Assembly (NCBI GenBank): GCA_030154085.1
Contig: JASKKR010000001.1
Span: 4,852 to 68,851, forward strand
Direction: 5' to 3'
DNA: 64,000 nt
Source: Candidatus Cloacimonadota bacterium
GTDB taxonomy: Bacteria > Cloacimonadota > Cloacimonadia > Cloacimonadales > Cloacimonadaceae
In this document: in pieces, positions 28,231 through 36,500 of the stretch
Layout of the letters: each line of letters begins with the position of its first letter
Position numbering within the stretch: the stretch's first letter is position 1
Notes under the pieces: generated by a model
Told to the model about the DNA's origin: nothing
The model's input: the letters and a program-made list of their open reading frames with translations, nothing else
Database searches by the model: none
Made by a program: the position numbers and the translations under genes

Positions 28231-29412
28231 TTAGTTCTTTGCCGTACGAGCTTTTTGGATGAAGTAACCTATGTTACCCAAGATAATAAACACGATGATC
28301 ATGATGTGGGCAACACTCTGCGCATTCATACCTATCCGAGCAACTTTGAATTTATACGGAGTATCTCCCGTGAGACGATACAACTCTTGATAGAGAGCCT
28401 CGTCCATTTCTGCACGCATCTCAGGTGTTATTTTGGAGATATCTATTATTATCTTGTCATCCCGCACTTCACTAAGCTTATTGAGGAGGGGGATATATTC
28501 CGGATATTTAGCGCAAAACGCAGTAAATTGATCCATGGTAAATTCTGCCTCAGTCTGTGTAGTAATCCGAATGAGTCTCTTGGTGGATTCATCCTCCAGA
28601 ATTTCACGACCAAAGGGGCGACCGGGAAGAATCTTATTTCCATCTTCATCTACTTTGATACTGTAATCACGAGTAGGATCACGGTACGCAGCAAAAACAT
28701 CCACTAACTTTTCATATTCGGCAGCACCTTTTAGACCGGTTAGCATCCCTATCAATTGACCGGATTGTAGATACGGATAGAGATCAGCAGCCATCACAGC
28801 TGTTACTCCCACTGCGACATTCAAACCATATTTAGGACGGGCATAGGTGATCCAGGTCATCCCTGCCACTGAACCGGAGAATTCCACCACAAGATTCATC
28901 TCACTGTAGTTATTGATACCTCTCATGATTGGTAGGTTTTCCAGTTTGCGTCCCTCAGCATCAGTATTCATAGTATTGGCGATGTTATCACCCATACCCA
29001 AAACTAAAGCAAAGGGTTGGGGTTTGTAACCAAAGTTACAGTAATCCACACCGCTTTGAATATTTGGAAATTCTTCTTTCACGGTATTGATTGCATATTC
29101 TATGATAGGAGCACCGGCTGGCATCCAGGTGAGAGTAAAGACTTTTACATTGCGCTCAAAACAGTGCCTTAAGATAGCAACTTCCATGGGGAAAAGCTCC
29201 GGCATGGTAGCAGCATCATGATAAAAAGAGAGCAGGATAGCGCGGTCTTCACGTCCGGCAAAACTATCGATCATCTGGTATAGATTCTCGGTAGGTGGCG
29301 TAGTAACGTTATCCGAATTATAGGGTATCATCAGCGGGATAATTATAGCCAATGCAACCACAATGTAGATCCAACGGCGATCGAGTTTTTGCATTCTTTC
29401 AAATATAGTCAT
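28231..29412 (-). CDS. Bitopic membrane protein (393 aa) with N- and C-terminal TM helices, function unknown
   Basis: ATG at 29412 has AGGAG 8 nt upstream; the ATG at 29418 is only 2 nt from it. N-terminal anchor WIYIVVALAIIIPLMI and C-terminal anchor IMIIVFIILGNIGYFI flank a ~330-aa soluble region. Confidence 0.65.
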   Translation of the reverse strand: MTIFERMQKLDRRWIYIVVALAIIIPLMIPYNSDNVTTPPTENLYQMIDSFAGREDRAILLSFYHDAATMPELFPMEVAILRHCFERNVKVFTLTWMPAGAPIIEYAINTVKEEFPNIQSGVDYCNFGYKPQPFALVLGMGDNIANTMNTDAEGRKLENLPIMRGINNYSEMNLVVEFSGSVAGMTWITYARPKYGLNVAVGVTAVMAADLYPYLQSGQLIGMLTGLKGAAEYEKLVDVFAAYRDPTRDYSIKVDEDGNKILPGRPFGREILEDESTKRLIRITTQTEAEFTMDQFTAFCAKYPEYIPLLNKLSEVRDDKIIIDISKITPEMRAEMDEALYQELYRLTGDTPYKFKVARIGMNAQSVAHIMIIVFIILGNIGYFIQKARTAKN

Positions 29413-29427
29413 TCCCATAACTCCTTA

Positions 29428-30057
29428 TTAATCACCGCCGCCCAAATATGAGCGTTCGATTCCGAGCAAGATTTTGAGCGAGGTCGCCACCGAACCTAGA
29501 CCAACACCCAGCATTATGCCACGTTTGGAAGCAAGGTTTGGTACGTCCAAGATCCATTGTGAAATTCTCGGTAAGTGGCGCGATATCTGAACTCCCAGAG
29601 GCACCTGCGCCAGCATCACTACGATTGCGGCAATTAATAGCACCGTAGCTTCCGGGCTGCGTGCACGGAATGCCTTATACGCTGCTGATGCCATATAAAA
29701 GGCCAGCAGAGAAAACATCGTGGCACTCATCGGCATCTGTACGTTCTCAAACATCCACATAAAGAGTCCACCCTTTTGAGTTCCACCGATAAAGCCTGCT
29801 AAGCAGGTAATAATAAAACTCGCAAAGAAGAAATAGCTATATTGCCATTTCGGGGCTTTTCTCTTAATCTTGCTTGAATGCATCATAGACAGGGATAGCA
29901 CACCCAATAGCATAGCGAATGAGGACATCGCATATACCCAGGGTAGGTAGAATTGATTATAGAATACTTCCTGGAGGATATAGTGTGGACTGAAAGCCCA
30001 GGCAACCCATATCAGACCTCCGAGGATCACGATTAATAGTGGTATTGTCTTCTTCAT
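29428..30057 (-). CDS. 6-TM integral membrane protein (209 aa), function unknown
   Basis: Six hydrophobic segments by eye. GAGG lies 6 nt upstream of the ATG. 12-nt gap after the giant A stop. Confidence 0.65.
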   Translation of the reverse strand: MKKTIPLLIVILGGLIWVAWAFSPHYILQEVFYNQFYLPWVYAMSSFAMLLGVLSLSMMHSSKIKRKAPKWQYSYFFFASFIITCLAGFIGGTQKGGLFMWMFENVQMPMSATMFSLLAFYMASAAYKAFRARSPEATVLLIAAIVVMLAQVPLGVQISRHLPRISQWILDVPNLASKRGIMLGVGLGSVATSLKILLGIERSYLGGGD

Positions 30058-30069
30058 TGAAAACCTCGT

Positions 30070-32994
30070 TTATTTCTCTGGCATCAGAAGGGTTAATCCA
30101 GTAATCTGGAAGCTGGATAGGACTGCGCCAATGATCACTACAGTGAGGATCACAAACTTAAAATAGTCCTGAGCTTTAAGTGTTCCCAAAAGCATGGGTT
30201 CACGATTCAAGTAAGCACTGGCAGCATACAATTCTTCTCCAATTAGGGTGTAATCACAAGTGGTGATAAAGAAGGGAATCTGAGTTATAGCATCGGTTCC
30301 GGCAATCTGCACGGCTCCAACTGAGTTTCCTGTCTCCGTCATCAATAGCGCTTCTGCTGCAAAATATCCCATAAAGAAGTTTGTAGCCATGTGTTCACGA
30401 ATCATAATACCATTTACGCCTGCCACATAGGCAAACTGCACATTGGTGAGATAGAACACGTTATTGCGATCATATGTATCCGGACGACCAACTGCATAGT
30501 GGGCTTCGCGCACGATTTCTTGGGCAATTGGCATTATAATATAGTCATAACAAGGAACGATAAGCTTGGTATCATATTCAGCGGCTTTTTTGGCAACAAG
30601 ACCCAGGATTCCCATGGATGCAATCGTTGCTACATCTGAGATGGATCCATTACCCATGCAATACAGCATCGGGCGACCCATTTCTGTAGCGCGACCAATA
30701 GCGTTGTCGATCTCTTGCAGACCAGCAATCGGACGAATATACAAATCCTTCCCACGCTTTGCCAATTGTACAAAAACTACCACAATCAAGCAGAACAGAA
30801 TGGTTGTAAACAGGGTCACATACTTATTGTTATCAAACCAATTTGATATCGGCATGTGATAGACCAGCTCTCCATCTATCATTTCAGGTTCAGACTCCAC
30901 GAAAAGACCATGAGCATCAGTCTTGACCACTATAAAGGATTGGCGCCGCATAAAGTCATCATAGGCTTTCAGTACGTGTCTGATCCTGCTGCGATTGCTC
31001 CCTGCTGCAAAGGCTTGATCCACAATCGGATTCTGAGTGTAAGCATTTAGAATGGCCTCTTGTTTGGCAATCTCAGCATCAATCTCTTCCAGGGTAGCAG
31101 CATCTGTAGTTTGTACACGAAGCTGTTGTAGCTCTTCCAATCTGGTTTGAGCTCGGTTGATTGTCTCTTCATGCATTTTAAGGGCTGCCTTATCGAAGAT
31201 ACTGGTTCTGACCATTACCTGATTGTCATTATCCCAGGTAAAATCAACCGTGTGATCCATGAGAGCATAAACTCCTCTGTGATCACCAGGTCTGAGAGCA
31301 CGGCTTTTTCGCTCTATCCCACTGGGTGTATTCATAAACATAACCAAGGAATCACCCTCGGTGTAGCTGATGCCATACACCATTTTTTGGACCATGGAGT
31401 TATAGGGCACAACCACGTCCAGTGAGTTATCAAAAGAAGTATTGCGCATCACCAGACGCCACATCGGAGAGTGCATATATTTCCGATAGACCACGTTATA
31501 CACTTTGGAGACATCTACGCCATTGCGATATAGGGCATTGCTGGGCACCAAGGTAATCATGGCGGGCTCATATTTGAGATATTGTTCGATCACATAGTCT
31601 TCTGGGATATCTGCCCCTTGCAGTCCTATCCCGGAGAGAGTGATCTTGACTCGGAGACCTTTTTTAAAATCATAGCCGTCAGGAAGATTGATGATTACAG
31701 AATTGTCTTGGTAGAATTCCTTGATCTTCTCGATGTGGTCGCCCGTCTCAGGATCGTAGAAATCAAACCACATGTTATCCACTTTTTGGGTTTCAGTCTT
31801 ATTAAGCTGATAGTTGATCCTGAGTTTGCTATTTTCCGCATTCAGTGAGGTGACTTTTATCACAAATACGATGGGATTGTCCCAAATAACAGTCAGTCTG
31901 TCACCCTTATCATTTGGTTTATCTTCCACATAAAAATCTGTGCGGGGTGGCAAGGCGTCGCTGTTTAATACACGTGGTCTGGAGATCGGAGAGAGGGATG
32001 AAGCTCCATAATAATCAATAAGCTGCAGAGTAAACACTGCATCTCTATAGCTGTCTATCTCTTCGCCTACTTCCACTTTAGTATAGTTTGGCAGGCTTCC
32101 TGCTCCAACTTGACCGGAAGCTATTACTCTGGCATTGGTAAGAACTGCATCCGGGTCCTGACTGAGCTCTTCCCATTCCTGAGACGGTATATCATTGACT
32201 TGCAATATGCGATATTGAGTCAAAGCATCTTTGTAAATGGGATATTCCCATTCAAAGCGAAGTTCTCCTGTATCCGGCATCACTACACTATAGAGGGCAG
32301 GAGACGCTTCTGGAGAATTGGGGACCGGCACACCGGCTGTGACCGGAGCATGAGGGAGCATTCTCTGACGTTCGTCTACTGCTACGACTGTATAGTAGTA
32401 GGTCTCACCAGGTTTAAGCAAAGCCAGTATTGTTTGCTGATTTGACTTCAGCCCGGCATAGCTGCTGATTGAGTTGCCTGATTCATCAAATTCTTCTATG
32501 ATTTCACGACTTCTATAATAAAACTGCTTGCGCTCTGCTAAGGAGATCATCTGATATTTTTCCAGCAATGTTGCCGTAAACTTCAGATCTCTGGGAGGTC
32601 TACGATAAAGAATGCCATCATCTGGCTGATCCTTTTCCAGTCGAAGTTTACCAGGAAAGCTGGCATCTAGGATCTCACTGGCAGAATTATCATAATAGAA
32701 CATTTGATCGGAAACAACCGGACTCTTGGGATTTACTTGGATGGACTCCAAGAAAAAGAGCTGGTCTGGGGTAATCCCCCGATAGATGCGATATTCAATG
32801 ATGCGCTTACTGCGATCCAGTGGCTCCCAGGATAACATCAGCCCTGTTCCATCATCGTTCGGGACATCGGTTACCTGAAAATTTCTAATTGTGTTATCGT
32901 CTTTAGATTCACGCTGCTGTGCCATTATCAAGCTGATGCTGAATATAAACACGGCTAGTAAAATCGGGATAAGGCGACGCTTGTCCAACCTCAT
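30070..32994 (-). CDS. Giant bitopic membrane protein A (974 aa), function unknown; paralog of 24731-27490
   Basis: ATG at 32994 has AGGAG 8 nt upstream; the listed ORF starts at GTG 33003. Signal peptide ...FIFSISLIMA|QQ, FN3-like motifs (EYRIYRG, YYYTVVAVD) and a coiled-coil before the TM (LFTTILFCLIVVVFVQLAKRGK). The conserved C-domain contains YIRPIAGLQEIDNAIGRATEMGRP...TQIPFFITTCDYTLIGEE...YAASAYL. Confidence 0.75.
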   Translation of the reverse strand: MRLDKRRLIPILLAVFIFSISLIMAQQRESKDDNTIRNFQVTDVPNDDGTGLMLSWEPLDRSKRIIEYRIYRGITPDQLFFLESIQVNPKSPVVSDQMFYYDNSASEILDASFPGKLRLEKDQPDDGILYRRPPRDLKFTATLLEKYQMISLAERKQFYYRSREIIEEFDESGNSISSYAGLKSNQQTILALLKPGETYYYTVVAVDERQRMLPHAPVTAGVPVPNSPEASPALYSVVMPDTGELRFEWEYPIYKDALTQYRILQVNDIPSQEWEELSQDPDAVLTNARVIASGQVGAGSLPNYTKVEVGEEIDSYRDAVFTLQLIDYYGASSLSPISRPRVLNSDALPPRTDFYVEDKPNDKGDRLTVIWDNPIVFVIKVTSLNAENSKLRINYQLNKTETQKVDNMWFDFYDPETGDHIEKIKEFYQDNSVIINLPDGYDFKKGLRVKITLSGIGLQGADIPEDYVIEQYLKYEPAMITLVPSNALYRNGVDVSKVYNVVYRKYMHSPMWRLVMRNTSFDNSLDVVVPYNSMVQKMVYGISYTEGDSLVMFMNTPSGIERKSRALRPGDHRGVYALMDHTVDFTWDNDNQVMVRTSIFDKAALKMHEETINRAQTRLEELQQLRVQTTDAATLEEIDAEIAKQEAILNAYTQNPIVDQAFAAGSNRSRIRHVLKAYDDFMRRQSFIVVKTDAHGLFVESEPEMIDGELVYHMPISNWFDNNKYVTLFTTILFCLIVVVFVQLAKRGKDLYIRPIAGLQEIDNAIGRATEMGRPMLYCMGNGSISDVATIASMGILGLVAKKAAEYDTKLIVPCYDYIIMPIAQEIVREAHYAVGRPDTYDRNNVFYLTNVQFAYVAGVNGIMIREHMATNFFMGYFAAEALLMTETGNSVGAVQIAGTDAITQIPFFITTCDYTLIGEELYAASAYLNREPMLLGTLKAQDYFKFVILTVVIIGAVLSSFQITGLTLLMPEK

Positions 32995-33485
32995 ACGCTT
33001 CACTCCTATTTGTACATTACTATAAAAGTTTTACTCAGTATCTGTCCAACTGCTTTCAAAAGCCTTATTATGTCAAATACTTTTTTGGATTTAGCACTCT
33101 GAATCTTGCTCAATCGGTCTCTAAAGCCCATAGTCTTCACCTTTTGAACAAATGTAATGGATTCAACAGAATCTGCTCTTGCATAGTTCATAAGATAATT
33201 GAAAGAAGGATAATATTCGAAACAACAAGTTGACTACCCTCTTTAAAATAAATGTGTTCACCCCTCAACCTTCCAAAGTACCAGCGATGCAGAATATGGT
33301 ATTACGCACATGATGGCAATGCCGCAATTGCTAAAACTTGAATTTAAAAAGGAGCGATGGGGTAGCTGGGATTTACAAACAAAACTATCGGCTTTAGCGC
33401 GTTATGCGTCAGGTATTATAGATCACAGGGTCCACTATCCCAAGCTTTAGTCTACACCCTCAAGAGGCACGCCTAATCTGAAAAC

Positions 33486-33519
33486 CTAATAAAAAGGAGC
33501 TCCCGTTTGGGGAGCTCCT
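33486..33519 (-). terminator. Rho-independent terminator after the 1722-aa gene
   Basis: Perfect 10-bp stem AGGAGCTCCC / GGGAGCTCCT with a 5-nt loop. On the minus strand it is followed by TTTTATTAGG. It lies 29 nt after the stop. Confidence 0.8.
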
Positions 33520-33547
33520 ATATCTTTGATGAATAGCCATCGCAGGC

Positions 33548-36500
33548 TTATTTCATCATTATCATTTTACGGGTTGAGCTGTATTTACCAGCATTCATCT
33601 TGAAGTAGTAGATACCGCTGGAAACAGAACGACCATTTTCATCTGTACCATTCCATATCACAGTGTGTTCACCGGCATTGACGGTCTCATTCACGAGTCT
33701 GCGCACGCGCTGACCTTTAACGTTGAATATGTCAATGGTAACGGGAGAGTTTTCTTTCACGCTGTAGTGGATAGTGGTTTCAGGATTGAAGGGATTCGGA
33801 TAGTTTCCTTTGAGTTCGGTAGTATAGACAGGGGTTACTACATCTTCATTGGGAACAGGGCCACTGATGGTTACATCGTCTACGAAGAAGATGAAAGCAT
33901 CATTAGACAGGCACTGAATACCGACATGGATATCCTGACCCGCATAATTTGCCAGAGAGTAGTTAAATTCTGTCCATTCCACCGGAGCTTCCACATAGGT
34001 AGGACCACTGATGAAAGTGAAGTCGTTGGGATTGGTTCCGGTAGTGGATACGCCCACTTTGAAGCGCTCCAGGCCGTAATCAGGCATATAAGTTCTTGCC
34101 CAGAAGGTGATATCTCCACCGCCGTTGATCTGAGGAGTGATCATCCAATCGTTGTTGGGAGGAGTAGTAGCGGCAAAGCTGGCCGCCATTTTAGCTCCAC
34201 TATGGGGCGGATTTTCTTCCAAAGGAGGAGTGGTGGCATCCGGATTGAAGATGATATAAGCCATGGCACTCCCGCTATTCGGGAAGGTAATTCCACTGAA
34301 TCCATAGGTAGCAGACTGATCATTATCCAGCAGAATCCACGGCGCGAAGGTAAGAGAGAAGTCTTGGTAGCTTTCGAAATCATCTTCAAATATAACTTCA
34401 CTCGCCGGTAATTGGAAGTTCACGGTAGTGATCTGTCCGGTGACTACCACTACCCCAGTCTGGGTAACAGCACTGTAATTCGGATGGCTGGCAGTCACAG
34501 AGTGCGTGCCTGCCGGTAGGTTCATGGTGTAAGCACCGTTGTTATTGGATGTGGTAGAATAATCGCCACTCGTGATGGTTGCACCAATAATTGGTTCATT
34601 ATCCATATTGCGCACAAAACCGGCGACTGTACCGATCTCAGTGATTCTTTCGATGGCGTTGGAGAAGGCGGCATTGGAAAGAGCACCACCAGTATAAACG
34701 GCTTTAACTGCCCATTTGTAGGTTCCATCCGGTAGAACACCCCAATCAGTATCCTGGAAAGCAGTAGCACTGATCGGATCCTGGGTGAGGGCGATCCATT
34801 GAGCTTCGTTGGATTCCTGACCCTGCAGCAGGCGCCATACCTTGTATCCCTCAAGAGAACGGTCGGCATTCTGCTGTTCCTGGTTTACCCTAGCGTTCAG
34901 AGCAATCATTTCGCCACGGTCAGGAGCGCTGTAACCCACATATCCCTGGATGTTCCAGTTGTAATTAAGCGTTGAGGCCATAGCTAATAGGGTAGTCCAA
35001 CTGCCAGAGCTATAGATCATATTGCCAAATCCGTCGTTCGCAGGACCCTCATCACAACCCGCTGGGTATGTGCCGGCAGAATGGACGACATTGTAGCCGA
35101 ACCAGAGTTCTTCATTACCGGTAATGAGCACAGGATTGTCTAACATTACGGTCTGGAACTCGTCAACAGCAGCCACTGTGAAAGGTTGATTAACAACCTG
35201 AACACCAGGTGCAGCAGCTGTTCCACCGGTCCAAACACGCAAGGAATAGGTACCAATGTCACCAGGGAAGAGGGAGATGGCATGAAGACTCATACCAGCG
35301 TAATTGGTCAGAGCGGAGGCAGGGAAGCGAATAGCAACAGCAAATTCACCACCACTGGTGAGCCCGATGCTATCATAGTTTTCTCCGCTATCATAGTGAA
35401 TCCAATCGCCACCAGCGGTTCCGGGAGCCATCCAGGTGATATTTACGTTGTTCCCAGCTTCCTCAGCTTGCACTGCAGCAGGCGGCAGAGTGATTTCGGT
35501 GAGGGTGAAGTCCAAAGTAGTAGTCTCTGTCCCCACGATCACAACGTTGTTCTCAGTAGCAGATTCGTAACCGGCCTTAGAAGCGGTAACGGTATATGTA
35601 CCGGCATATACGGCAAAGCTATATTCACCATCGGCATTAGTTGTGCCACTATAATCGCCGGCAGTGATAGTGGCGCCTTCTATGGGAAGACCGGTGCCAA
35701 ACTCAGTTACAACACCAGTGAGGGTTCCCATCATGCCTTTGTGCAGTTCATTGGAGAACGCAGCGTTAGACATCACATCATTTGTGTAAACTGCTTTGAC
35801 AGCGTATTTATAAACGCCAGAAGGCAGCGGACCCCAAGTATTATCCTGATATTCAGTAGGAGTTATAGTGCTGGGGGTAAGGGTAGTCCAGTTAGCTTCG
35901 TTATCCTGATCTGCTGCCAGGAGGCGGTAGACCTTGTATCCAGTAAGGGAACGTTCAGCGTTTCTTGGCTGAGCAGTGATGATTTTTACAGGATTCGGGG
36001 TAACGATGCTACGTGTTGCATCGGCATTTCTAACTATATCTATATGGGGCGCATTAGGAGCGATTTTAGCTTCTCTACTGGAAGTAAGCCGAACCTGATC
36101 ATCACCAACGTAGAAGTCGTCAACGAAGAAGATGAACGCATCGTTTGAAACACATTGCAGACCAACATAAATCTGCTGTCCAGCATAAGCGGAAAGATCA
36201 TATACATACTCAGTCCATTCAATTGGAGCTTCCACATAGGTTGGACCACTGATGATGGTGAAGTCTGCAGGATTTGTTCCGGTTGTGGATACGCCGACAT
36301 TAAAACGTTCCAACCCGTAATCAGGCATATAAGTTCTTGCCCAAAATCTTACCTCTCCACCGCCCATTACTTGGGGAGTAATCATCCAGTCGTTATTGGG
36401 AGGAGTGGTAGAAGCAAAGCAAGCAGCATACTTGTCGCCAGTTACAGCAGGATTATCTTCCAAAGGAGGAGTAGTATTGTTCGGATTGAAGATGATGTAT

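Noticed and set aside
28231-29412. The central region of the 393-aa bitopic protein may be remotely similar to the conserved C-domain of the two giants (for example QPFALVLGMG vs QFPFCAGVNG, and AVMAADLYPYLQSGQLIGMLTGLKGAAEY vs ATDAVTQIPFFITTCDYTLIGEEFYAASAY).
   Set aside because: The match is pattern-level only. My hand topology also places the domains on opposite sides of the membrane, periplasmic in the 393-aa protein and cytoplasmic in the giants. I cannot support homology without profile or structure comparison, so I do not claim it.
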